A stretch of DNA of 64,000 bases from Squalus acanthias (taxonomy: Eukaryota): contig CM059438.1 in assembly GCA_030390025.1 (NCBI GenBank), positions 89,900,001 to 89,964,000 of the forward strand. The letters are read 5' to 3'. The number at the start of each line of letters is the position of its first letter. Position 1 is the stretch's first letter. This document shows positions 1-11,438 of the stretch, piece after piece. The notes under the pieces were generated by a model that did no database searches, had not been told where the DNA came from, and saw only the letters and a list, made by a program, of their open reading frames with translations. The translations under genes and the position numbers were made by a program.

Positions 1-255
1 AACATAGTAAACCGTCCCAAGGCGCTTCACAGGAGCGTTATCAAACACAATGACACAACCACAGAGAGAGATATTAGGGCAGGTGACCAAAAGCTCGGTC
101 AAAGAGGTAGGTTTAAAGGTACGTCTTAAAGGAGGAGACAGGGGTAGAGGCGGAGAGGTTTAGGGAGGGAATTCCAGAGCTTAGGGCCTAGGCAGTTGAA
201 AGCACAACCGTCAATGGTGGGGCGATGGAAATCGGGGATGCACAAGAGGCCAGGC
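1..255 (-). mobile_element. L2-clade LINE 3' fragment
   Basis: Homologous to 58490-58720 (gcttcacaggagc...gggagggaattcc), which adjoins L2 ORF2 C-terminal coding sequence. Confidence 0.75.
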
Positions 256-460
256 AATCTGACAACAGGCAACCTGAGCAGTTGCAGGTTTAACAAAGGC
301 AATGGAAATATTGGAAAGCATTTTTAAACTTAGAGAGAAGATTAAAAGGACTAATACGTATTCCAACACTCAATTTTAAATTGGCTTCTTTGACCTTCCA
401 CCTCCAATTTAATATCCTTACATCAACCAAGCCAAGAGCATGTGAAGCCAACTCCCTCAT

Positions 461-629
461 ACAATGCTGCTCACTGCTCGAGGTACTGAAGAGTCCCTCA
501 GGACAGCAGTTTCCTCAGAGTGTCCCTTCCCTCCTTGCAGAAAGTGCACTTTGGACCACCGCCTATTGACCCAGCTAGGATTGGGGACTCGATGGTGTGA
601 GGGATTAACTGGCATTACTGGTGTCCCAC
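461..629 (+). repeat. Ancient repeat copy A, probable LINE ORF1 esterase-region remnant
   Basis: Colinear homology with 1293-1457; one frame reads PARIGDSMV*GI, like the GDSxxR motif of CR1-type ORF1 esterases. Confidence 0.55.
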
Positions 630-710
630 CACTCCACAGTGGGTGTTCAGGGCACTGTGTCACTCTACTACCACCACCGTGGTAATGCTTAATTGGCACT
701 ACTTGCATAC

Positions 711-850
711 CTGATGACCAGGGGCCTGCCCTTGCTGTGTGGCCTGTCCATAGTACGCTGCTTGCTGTCGGTAATACTCTGCCCAGGCTGCACTGTAATC
801 GGGTTGTGAGCTCTGCTGTGGAGTCCCGGGGGCAGTTCCTGTGGCCTGAG
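711..850 (-). CDS. FUBP3: FUBP3 exon 18 (140 nt): [47 protein letters not shown]
   Basis: C-rich tract ttatcag|CTC...CAG|gtatgc; [13 protein letters not shown] Tyr-motif; ORF 699..935. Confidence 0.95.
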
Positions 851-1292
851 CTGATAAAGGGGTTGGGAGGGGGGGGGATAGGGGGGGGGGAAGAGGGAGG
901 AGAAATAAAGGCAACAGGATTATATTGAATCTCACAAAAAGACAGCAAAATTGTAAAATTTAGTACGACAGAGGTCACAATAAACCAGAGCAATGATTCA
1001 GCAAATTAGTCATTTTCTCCTATTGAACAGTGTGGAATAGAAACTGTAGGGGGGAAGGGGGGGGGGGGGGGGGGGGGGAAGAAAGAAAGAGGGCAAAGGT
1101 GCTGTGAGAAATAACCCAATGAAGGAGAGAAGTGAGCACCAATTAGCACTCTGTGACTTTAGTGTAGAAACAGGAATAGGCCATTTATCCCATTGAGCTG
1201 TATGTCATTTTTTAGCCATAGCAGGTGTGTGTCTCTCTCTCTCAATTTCTCTCTTCCAAACATGACAATTGATGACACCCCCCCCGCCTCAG

Positions 1293-1457
1293 ACAATGCT
1301 GCTCAGTGCTCAAAGTACCGAATACGGTCTCACGACCGCTGTTTCCCCTGACTTTCCTACCCTCCTTGCAGGAAGTGAACTTTGGGCTACCACATAGCGA
1401 CATAGCCAGGATTGGAGATTCAATGATGAGGAATGACTGGTAATACTGCTGCCCCAC
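1293..1457 (+). repeat. Ancient repeat copy B, probable LINE ORF1 esterase-region remnant
   Basis: Shares acaatgctgctca, ccctccttgcag, aggattgg blocks with 461-629; reads IARIGDSMMR. Confidence 0.55.
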
Positions 1458-1602
1458 AAGAATCAACTGATTCTTCCCAGCACTGATTCACTTTTAACTG
1501 ACTTTAGTTCAAAGGTTGTTTAAAATATATTGGGTATTTGTACTATACTTTGGAGCACTAGTGAAGAAATCAGAATACAAAAACTTTCTAAAACTGTATT
1601 TT

Positions 1603-1827
1603 AAAAAGACTTGCATTTATATAGCACCTTTAATGATCTCAGGACGTCCCAAAGCGCTTAACTATTTATGAAGTAGTTACCTACACTGCTGCAATGTAGG
1701 GAAACGCAGCAGCCAATTTGTGCACAGCAAGTTCACCTCAAACAGCCATGTGATAATGACCTGATTATCTGTTTTAGGGATAAATATTGGCCAGGACACC
1801 AGGAAGAACTCCAACTCTTCAAAATAC
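1603..1827 (-). mobile_element. Deu-domain SINE (SacSINE1-like), 3' half
   Basis: Reverse complement of the 3' part of the SINE at 8532-9275; continues at ~5888 after a CR1 insertion. Confidence 0.85.
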
Positions 1828-1829
1828 CT

Positions 1830-3922
1830 GTAGAACATGCATAAGAACATAACACATAGGAGCAGGAGTCGGTCATTTGGCCCCTCGAGCCTGCTCCGCC
1901 ATTCAATAAGATCATGGCTGATCTGATCTTGGCCTCAACTCCACTTCCCTGCCCGCTCCCCATAACCCTTGACTCCCTTACCTTTCAAAAATCTGTCTAT
2001 CTCCATCTTAAATATATTCAATGACCCAGCCTCCACAGCTCTCTGGGGAAGAGAATTCCAAAGATTCACCACCCTCAAGAAATTCCTCCTCATTTCCGAT
2101 TTAAATGGGTGCCCCCTTATTCTGAAATTATGCCCTCTAGTTCTAGATTCCCCCATGAGGGGAAAACATCCTCTCTGCATCTACCCTGTCAAGCCCCTTC
2201 AGAATCATATATGTTTCAATAAGATCCCCTCTCATTCTTCTAAACTCCAATGAATATAGGCCCAACCTGCTCAACCTTTCTTCATAAGACAACCCCTTCA
2301 TCTCCAGAATCAACCTAGTGAACCTTCTCTAAACTGCCTCCAATGCAAGTATATCCTTCCTCAAATAAGGAGACCAAAACTGTAGGCAGTTCTCCAGGTG
2401 TGGTCTCACCAACGCCCTGTACAATTGTAACAGGACTTCCCTACTTTTATACTCCATTCCCTTTGCAATAAAGGCCAACATTCCATTTGCCTTCCTAATT
2501 ACTTGCTGTACCTGCATGCTAACTTTTAGTGATTCATGTACAAGGACCCCCAGATCCCTCTGTACCTCAGCATTTTGTAATCTCTCCCCATTTAAATAAT
2601 AATTTGCTTTTTTATTTTTCCTACCAAAGTGGATAACCTCACATTTTCCCACATTAAACTCCATCTGCCAGATTTTTGCCCACTCACTTAGCCCAACTAT
2701 ATCCCTTTGGAGATTCTGTGTCCTCCACACAATTTGCTTTCCCACCTAGCTTTGTATCAGCAGCAAATTTGGCTACATTACATTCAGTCCCTTCATCCAA
2801 GTCATTAATATAGATTGTAAATAGTTGAGGCCCCAGCACTGATCCTTGCAGCACCCCACTAGTTACAGTTTGCCAACCTGAAAATGATCCATTTATCCCG
2901 ACTCTGTTTTCTGTTAGTTAGCCAATCCTCTATCCATGCTAATATTACCCCCAGCCCCGTGAGCTCTTATCTTGTGTAGTAACCTTTTATGTGGCACCTT
3001 ATCGAATGCCTTCTGGAAATCCAAATACACGACATCTACTGGTTCCCCTTTATCCACCCTGCTCGTTACATCCTCAAAGAACTCCAGCAAATTTGTCAAA
3101 CTTGATTTCCCTTTCATGAAACCATGCTGACTCTGCTCGACTATTATGATTTTCTAAATGTCCTGCTACCACTTCCTTAATGATGGACTCCAGCATTTTC
3201 CCAACGACAGATGTTAGGCTAACTGGTCGATAGTTGCCTGCTTTCTGTCTCCCTCCTTTCTTAAATAGGGGTGTTACATTTGCGGTTTTCCAGTCCGCTG
3301 GGACCTCTCCAGAATCCAGGGAATTTTGGTAGATTACAACCAATGCATCCACTATCTCTACAGCCACCTCTTAAGACTCTAGGATGCAGGCCATCGGGTC
3401 CAGGGGACTTGTCCACCATTAGTTTGCCTAGTACTTTCTCTCTAGTGATGGTGATTGTTTTAAGTCCCCCCCCCACCCCAATAGCCCCTTGATTATCCAT
3501 TATTGGGATGCTTTGTGTCTTCTACCGTGAAGACCGATACAAAATATTTGTTCAGACTCTGCCATTTCCCTGTTTCCATTATTAATTCCCCAGACTCATC
3601 CTCTAGGGGACCAACGTTTACTTTAGCTACTCTCTTCCTTTTTATATGCCTGTAGAAGCTCTTACTGTCTGTTTTTATATTTCTTGCTAGCTTACGCTCA
3701 TAAGCTATCTTCTCGCTCTATCATTTTTTTTAGTCGTCCTTTGCTGGTTTTTAAAAATTTCCCAATCCTCTGGCCTTCCACTATTCTTCGCAACATTGTA
3801 TGCTTTTGTTTTCAATTTGATACCATCCTTCACTTCCTTAGTTAGCCACGGATGGTTCATCCTTCTCTAGAGTTTTTCTTTCTCACTGGAATATATCTTT
3901 GCTGAGAGTTATGAAATATCTC
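1830..3922 (-). mobile_element. CR1 LINE, ORF2 (RT) with 3' end; disrupted
   Basis: ORF pieces KSPGPDG, NYRPVSLTSVVGK, YLDFQKAFDKVPH, RPHLE..QFWSP; 3' terminal repeat near 1835-1860. Confidence 0.95.
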
Positions 3923-3928
3923 AAATAT

Positions 3929-5733
3929 ATACAGGTATATAAAAAGGAAGAGAGCAGCTAAAGTAAACGTTGGTCCTTAGAGGATGAGAATGGGGAATTA
4001 ATAATGGGGAACGGAGAAATGGCAGAGACTCTGAACAAGTATTGAGTATGGGTCTTCACGGTAGAAGACACTAACATCCCAATAATGGATAATCAAGGGG
4101 CCACAGGGAAGGGGAAACTAAAGACAATCACTAAGGAAAAAGTACTCGGTAAAATAATGGGACTAAAAGACGACAAGTCCCCTGGACCAGATGGCCTGCA
4201 TCACAGGGTCTTAAAAGAAGTGGCTGCAGAGATAGTGGATGCATTGGTTGCAATATACCAAAATTCCCTGGACTCTGGAGAGGTCCCAGTGGATTGGAAA
4301 ACCGCAAATGTAACACCCCTATTTAAGAAAGGAGGGAAACAGAAAGCAGGAAACTATAGACCAGTTAGCCTAACATCTGTCGTTGGGAAAATGCTGGAGT
4401 CCTTCACTAAGGAAGCAGTAGCAGGGCATTTGGAAAATCATAATGCAGTCAAGCAGAGTCAGCATGGTTTTATGAAAGGGAAATCATGTTTAACAAATTT
4501 GCTGGAGTTCTTTGAGGATGTAACGAACAGGGTGGATAAGGGTGAGCCAGTGGATGTGGTGTATTTGAATTTCCAGAAGGCATTCGATAAGGTGCCACAT
4601 AAAAGGTTACTGCATAAGATAAGAGCTCACTGAGTTGGGGGTAATATATTAGCATGGATAGAGAATTGGCTAACTAACAGAAAGCAGAGAGTCAGGATAA
4701 ATGGGTCATTTTCCGGTTGGCAAACAGTAACTAGTGGGGTGCCACAGGGATCGGTGCTGGGGACTCAACTATTTACAATCTACATTAATGACTTGGATGA
4801 AGGGACGGAGTACAATGTAGCCAAGTTTGCAGATGATACAAAGATGGGTGGGAAAGCAAGTTGTGCAGAGGACTCAAAGAGTCTGCAAAGGGATATAGAC
4901 AGGCTAAGTGAGTAGGCAAACATTTGGCAGATGGAGTATAATGTGGGAAAGTGCAAGGTTATCCACTTTGGCAGGAAAAAAATTATTTAAATAGAGAGAT
5001 TACAAAATGCTACAGTTCAGAGGGACCTGGGGGTCCTTGTGCATGAAACACAAAAAGTTAGCATGCAGGTACAGCAAGTAATCAAAAAGGCAAATGGAAT
5101 GCTGGCATTTATTGCAAGGGGGTTGGAGTATAAAAGCAGGGAAGTCCTGCTACAACTGTACAGGGTATTGGTGAGACCACACCTCGAGTACTGTGTACAG
5201 CTTTGGTCTCCTTATTTAAGAAAGGATATACTTGCATTGGAGGCAGTTCAGAGACAATTCACACGGTTGATTCCGGAGATGAGGGGGTTGACTTATGAAG
5301 AAAGGTTGAGCAGGTTGGGCCTATACTCATTGGAATTTAGAAGAATGAGAGGTGATCTTATTGAAACATAAGATACTGAGGGGGCTCGACAAGGTAGATG
5401 CAGAGAGGATGTTTCCCCTCGTGGGGAAATCTAGAACTCGGGGGCATAGTTTCAGAATAAAGGGTCGCCCTTTTAGAACTGAGATGAGGAGGAATTTCTA
5501 CTCTGAGGGTCGTAAATCTATGGAATTCTCTGCCCCAGAGAGCCGTGGAGGCTGGGTCATTAAATACATTTAAGGTGGAGAGACACAGATCTTTGCAAGA
5601 GAAGAGAGTGATGGGTAATGGGGAGCGGGTGGGGAAGTGGCTTTGAGCCCAAGATCAGCCATGATCTTATTGAATGGCTGAGCAGGCTCGAGGGACCTAG
5701 TGGTCTATTCTTGCTCCTATTTCTTATGTTCTT
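3929..5733 (+). mobile_element. CR1 LINE, 5'-truncated ORF2 (RT) with 3' end, inserted antisense into the previous CR1
   Basis: ORFs 4085..4633 and 5039..5371; KFADDTK coded at ~4823; ends ttcttatgttctta. Confidence 0.95.
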
Positions 5734-5734
5734 A

Positions 5735-5888
5735 GAAATGTTTGCCACTGCTTTTCTACAGTCTTACCCTGTAATATATTTTCCCAGTTCACTTTAACCA
5801 AGTCTGCCTTCATACCTTTGTAATTTCCTTTGTTTAAGTTCAGGACTCTAGCTTGAGACCTAGCTATCTCACCCTCAAACTGGATTTG
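5735..5888 (-). mobile_element. CR1 LINE, upstream continuation of the 1830-3922 copy
   Basis: Encodes VLNLNKGNYKGMKADLVKVNW...QWQTF, which runs on into EIFHNSQQRYIP coded from 3922 downward. Confidence 0.85.
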
Positions 5889-6110
5889 AAAATAGTGTCC
5901 ATGGGATCTTTTACGTCTACCTGAGAGAGTAGGCGACACCTCAGTTTAACGCCTCATCTGAAAGACGGCACCTCAGACAGTGCAGCACTCCCTCAGCACT
6001 GCACTGGAGTGTCAGCCTAGATTTTATGCCCAAATCTCTGTAGTGGGACTTGAACCCTCAACACCTATGACTCAAGAGGCGGGAGTGCTACCCACTGAGA
6101 CACGGCTGAA
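5888..6110 (-). mobile_element. Deu-domain SINE (SacSINE1-like), 5' half with tRNA-like head
   Basis: Reverse complement of 8532-8750 type sequence. Confidence 0.85.
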
Positions 6111-6994
6111 ACGGATATTCAGTGGATCTAGTTTAAGACTTTTACTAATTAGGGGGATCATAATACCCATCAAAACGCAAGGACGTTTTGGGTATATGGT
6201 AGGGCAGAAAACAGAAGACCCCACTCCCCCCAACTAATCTTTTAGTCAGCATTTTATTCCAATCCTTTTGTTCCACACATACTGGAGCAGTTATCCAATC
6301 AATTTCATTACATTTATGTTCTTTCCTCTGTTTCCACCTTCCTCTTCCCCTCCCCCCACAGATGTCATGCATATGTGGATATTAAATTACATCCCTGGAT
6401 TGACATCAATTTTGACTGACAAGTATTTCCTACAAGTGCTGCAGTTTCGTTCTTCAAAATCAAAGCAAGAATAATAATCGAGGGGAAGTGCAGACACTGA
6501 CCTGTCAACTATTTGCACCATTTTTGCTGGTGACTGAATTGAGCCTCATTTACACATACTGGACCATCTTGGTTCAGTTGCCTAAGAGCAGCGCACGGAA
6601 ATTAATCTAAGGTGGCTATCAGGAGTGGGAGACCTGTCAAAGCCCTTTCATGCCACTCCTGAAATGCCCCATTTCCTTGGTACTTACTTTGATAAGTCTA
6701 TTATACTCAGATGAGTACAATGCTTATACCATGTGTGCTATATAGTTAAGAGATTTTAAATCTGACACCAGTACAAATGAATTAACATGCGACACTCGAG
6801 TCTCAAGGCCCAGAAATGGAGCGATTTCCTCAATTCCTAGCATAGATTTTGAGTAGAAGCTTTAGGTATTTTACAATAGCTTGCAGGGCTGTGGGGAGAA
6901 CGGAGGAGTGGAACTAATTGGATCGCTCTTTCAAAGAGCCGGCACAGACATGACGGGCCAAATGGGCTCCTTCTGTGCTGTAAGATTCTATATC

Positions 6995-7760
6995 ATGCCT
7001 TTAATATAGAAAAACATCAAGGCGCCTCAGAGGTGTAATCAGACAAAAATGGTCGCTGAGCCAAAGGAGGAGATATTAAGAGTGGCGACCAAATGCTTGG
7101 TTAAAGAGGTGGGTTTTAAGGACGGTCTTAAAAGGAGGAGGTGGAGATACAGAGGGCTTTAGGGAAAAAAATTAAGAACTTTGGGCTTAAACAGCTGAAG
7201 GCACAGCTGCCAATAAGGGGGGGGGGGGGGGGCAGGAGAAGGATGGACGAGAGGCCAGAGTCGGAGGAATGGAGAATTCATTGGGGGTGGGGGGGGTGTT
7301 GTAGGGCTGGTGGAAGTTAGAGGTAGGGAGGGACAACATCATGAAGGGATTTAAACACAAGGATGAGAATTTTAAATTAGAGTGGAGGTGAGTGGTAGCC
7401 AATGTACGTCAGCAAGTACAGGAGGTCTGGGTGATTGGGACTTGGTAAGGGTAGCACACAGAGTTTTGGATGAGCTGAAGTTTAGAGCATGGGGGATGGG
7501 CAGCCAGGAGAACATTGAAGAGTCAAGTCTGGTGGTGCTTAAATGAGAGTTTCAGAAGATGGGCTGTGGCAGAAGCAGGCAAAGAGGTGATGGAAGTAGG
7601 TGATCTTTGCAATGGAGAGAATATGGAGTCGGAAGCTCCGCTCGGGGTCAAATAGGATGTTGAGGTCGCCAACAGTCTGGTTTAACCTGAGACAATGGGG
7701 GGGGGGGGAGAAAGAAAGAGTGATTTGCGTTAGTGCCAAGGGTACGGAGTTTTTGGTGAG
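6995..7760 (-). mobile_element. L2 LINE fragment, degraded
   Basis: Similar to 58462-59040; ORF 7539..7766 resembles L2 ORF2 (LNILFDPE...ETLI). Confidence 0.75.
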
Positions 7761-8816
7761 AGCCAAAGAAGGTGGGAAAAATGTTAAGAGTCTTATAAAT
7801 CATGGAATGCCAACCTCTGAGTAGCTAATGTCTTGTTGTATATCTAATGAACTGTAGAATTCCAAAAAGGTGCAACCAGATCATGATAAATGGATGATCT
7901 TAGTAAATGTTTACCCAGGGATTCCACAAGGAACAAGTGGTCCCAATTTTCTCATTTTCAATTATTTGGTGGTGGAGTTGTGAAAAATAATGCGCTTTTT
8001 GCTGTGGACACCATCTGCAGAGTGGTTATAACAGCCCCCGCCCACCCCCTTAAATACAACAGGTGGTCAAATCATTGAAGACCAAGACAAAACTGGATAG
8101 GGGGGTCGACAAACAGAGCACCGGTGCCAAGACCAAGTCGGTAACTGAGTATGATGGGCCAAAACGAGGGCTATCATTTTGTCATGGTATGTTTTTTTTT
8201 TGGGGGGGGGGGGGGGGGGGTGGAAATCATAGATTAGTCATGGCAAAAATGTCAAATGCCATGGAAATCACAATAAAAATTGTGAACAGGTTTTGAGGAG
8301 CTATCGCTGCCGGTATTCCACTGGCAGGTACTAGGTCTCATTTCCCCTGGATGGCTGTGCAAAGTACTGGCTGCTATGTCTGGAGGATGGGGTAGTTGGA
8401 GATGCTGTGGTGTTTGTTGGTGGTGGGTGGAGGTGGCAGGGATGTACCTGTTGGTGGTCTTTGCCACTTGGGGTAGGTAAAGAGATCGGGCATAGATTGA
8501 TAACGAGATCACATTCAGCAGTTTTACTGGTGTCAGCCAGTGGTTCAGTGGGTAGCACCCTCGCCTCTGAGTCAGAAGGTTGTGGGTTCAAGTCCCACTC
8601 CAGAGACTTGAGCACAAAAATCTAGGCCGACACTCCAATGCCGCACTGAGGGAGTGCTGCTCTGTTGGAGGTGCCGTCTTTCGGATGAGACGTCAAACCG
8701 AGGCCCCGTCTGCTCTCAGGTGAATGTAAAAGATCCCACGGCCACTATTTCGAAGAAGAGTTTCCCCGGTGTCCTGGCCAATATTTATCCCTCAATCAAC
8801 ATAATTAAAAAACAGG

Positions 8817-9096
8817 TGATAGCAAAATACTGCGGATGCTGGAAATCCGAAATAACAGAAAACGCTGGAAAAACTCAGCAGGCCAGTCAGCATCCGTGGA
8901 GAGAAACAGAGTTAACGTTTCAGGTCGAAGTCCTTTCGTCAGAACTGGAAAAAAGCAGGAAATGAAATAGATTTAAAGCAAGGATAAAGCTGGGAAAAGG
9001 GGGAGGGGATGAAAGAACAAAAGGAGAGATTAAGAGACATTGAGAGACATTAAGAGATGATCAAGGCAAGAGGAGGTGTTAATATGACAGGTTGAG
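8817..9096 (-). mobile_element. Penelope-like element 3' terminal fragment nested in the SINE
   Basis: Homologous to 38844-39115; SINE sequence resumes at aacagattatctggtc. Confidence 0.85.
8910..8946 (-). ncRNA. Minimal type I hammerhead ribozyme motif (Penelope-associated)
   Basis: Minus strand agtt-CTGACGA-a-aggacttcgacct-GAAA-cgt-t-aact; core intact, stem II has one mismatch. Confidence 0.6.
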
Positions 9097-9989
9097 AACA
9101 GATTATCTGGTCATTACCACATTGCTGTTTGTGGGAGCTTGCTGTGTGCAAATTGGCTGCCGTGTTTCCTACATTACAACAGTGACTACACTTCAAAAAG
9201 TACTTCATTGACTGTTAAGAACTTTGGGACGCCCGGTGGTCATGAAAGGCGCTATAGAAATGCAAGTCTTTCTTTATAGTGTTCCAGGTAGACTCCAACT
9301 TAAAGATGGAAGGAGTAGAGAGATGGGGAGACGAGAAGAATTGGGAGCGGTACCGTTACTACATGCATTCCTCCTGTAGGTGCGGGTTTCCCTTGCAAAT
9401 CGGAGATAAGCTCCCTCTGTTGTTTGAGGGGTGTATTTATTTTCAACATGGAAGTAGATTTTTTGGGGTGTATTTATACTTTGGATCCATTCAATCTCCA
9501 GACACAATGTTCCTTAATATGAATTACACTGCCCTAAACAAGCACCATGAATGAGAGATACCAATGCTCATTAACACAGATCTGCCAGCTGGGATTTCGC
9601 AAGTCGAAAGTTTTCTGTTTGCAGCACTCAGCCAGGCTGTGAGATTCAAATGAAGGAGTAGTGTACAGGGACTAAAGGTAAAAAATTGAGTGGATCAAAG
9701 TTAAAAATGCACCAAAAGCATTCAGATACAATTAGTGTTAGCTCACCATCATATGCAACAGAAATAGCCTCCCTCATGTGTCAAAAAAAAAATTGTAGAA
9801 TTGGAGGGTGAAAAAAAAAAAATCACAAACCAGATTGAAAATCACCAGATCCGTTACAAAGGTACAGCCTCAGTCATGAGATTGCACCACCTCCAATACA
9901 CTCATTGAATGCCTTGGTTTGGTAATTCTAGCTGCTCTGCATTTAAACAAACAACTCAAGAGTGATGGAAAATCTTCGGGAACACACAA

Positions 9990-10345
9990 ACTTGCAGTTA
10001 TACAGTGCCTTACGCCCTTCAGGATGTCCCAAAGCGCTGCAGAGCCAAATTGGCAACATCCCACAAACAGCAAATGAGATGAATGACCAGTTAATCTGGG
10101 TATTTTTTTTGTTGGGTGGTGTCCCTTGAGGAACGCTGGGCAGAAAACCAGGAGAACTCCCTGCTCTCCTTCCCACATCATGAGATCTTCTACAACCACC
10201 TGAACAGGGCCTTGGTTTAAATGTCATATCTAAAAGACAGCACTCCTGCAATTCAGTACTCCTGGCGTATGCCACTGTAGTGTCAGCCGAAATTATGGCT
10301 CAAATCCAGAGTGAGGGCTTGAGGTGAGTGTATCACAACTGAGAC
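9990..10345 (-). mobile_element. Deu-domain SINE, diverged
   Basis: aggatgtcccaaagcgct...ggagaactccctgctc...gtgtcagcc blocks. Confidence 0.75.
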
Positions 10346-11422
10346 AAGTTGACAATCGTCTCAGTTGGCACTACTCTCGCATCTGGTACAAGTGGGAGCA
10401 CATTCAGCTCCCACTTGTCTCCATCAGCAGTTTTGCTGTTCTACAATACCTTCATCTGCCCAGTAATAGAATACTGCCGCTCTGCTCAACAGGGCACAGA
10501 GACAAGCCATCATTGCTCAACTAAACCCAAGCAAGGTGATAGGAGGATAATGATGATTTACCTCGCACCAGGATCTCTACATTAGGGAGATGTGACTGGG
10601 CAGTTAGGTCATGAGTGTGAGCCCAGCAGGTGCTGAAGGGAGTCCTCCAGAAGTACTGCTGCACCACAACCTTCTGCATCAATTCAGAAAGTCCACACAC
10701 CATCAGCTGCAGAGCTTCATGCACGGTTTCTGCAGGTGGAACTCTCGCTCTTCCAGACAGTATTACTGCCTGCAATACTATCCCCTGTACTCAGAAACTT
10801 TAATGCAAAGTTAACCATCATTTGCTGAACCAGGGTCACTGGGGCAAGTATTAGCCTGTAAGACTGCTCATACATGCAGCTTTCCAATCATTCCTTCAAA
10901 TGAAAAAACTACAAATATATATAGCTATTAAAACTGACATGCACCTTCAGAGGCCAAGTATGACCAGATCAACCACCTCAGTTAGTCTGTACATGAAACA
11001 GTTCTAAAATCATAAGAATGTACCTTTCCGATTATTCCATTTTGAATCCATTTTACAAATACAAATCTTGACATTATTCACCAAGTTATTTCCTGCTTTT
11101 TGAACTTCCATTCCTGCTATTTTCTCTTCATACGTTACTTGTTCCTAATTTAGATGCATGACAGCTGTTCTTAAGTTTTGTACTCTCTGTTTATTCTTCA
11201 CCAGCTTATACTTGCTGTCTTCCAATCATTTGCTTAGCCTATTGCTCTTCAGGATCTTCCTGATCTTTTTCCAGCAACTCATCGCAGTCTCTTTGTAAAT
11301 CTACAACTGATGAACTTATATATTTGGCTATTCCGTCCAGCTTTGGTCCCATATTCTAGTGCGTGCATGGTTGACGATTAACCAGCAGCACAGACTCCGT
11401 TCTCTACTCATTATTAAATGTT

Positions 11423-11438
11423 GAGAGAGAGAGAGAGA
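11423..11438 (+). repeat. (GA)8 microsatellite
   Basis: Direct reading. Confidence 0.9.

Larger units (their letters stand above)
8532..9275 (+). mobile_element. Full-length Deu-domain tRNA-SINE (SacSINE1-like) interrupted by a Penelope fragment
   Basis: Pol III A box tggttcagtgg (8541) and B box gttcaagtc (8586); central gtgccgtctttcggatgagacg; L2-like tail aaatgcaagtctttcttt. Confidence 0.88.

Noticed and set aside
457-993. 178-aa minus-strand ORF as a separate gene
   Set aside because: It is an alternate frame over FUBP3 exon 18 and its flanking introns; the true frame is that of ORF 699..935.
4085-5371. Reverse-transcriptase ORFs as a host gene or retron-like system
   Set aside because: Fragmented CR1 LINE ORF2 with stops and frameshifts and many related copies in the window.
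8252-8467. Pro/His/Gln-rich open frame after a possible acceptor (ccccaag) as an alternative FUBP3 exon
   Set aside because: Weak AAG acceptor, no family motif, low-complexity composition keeps several frames open.
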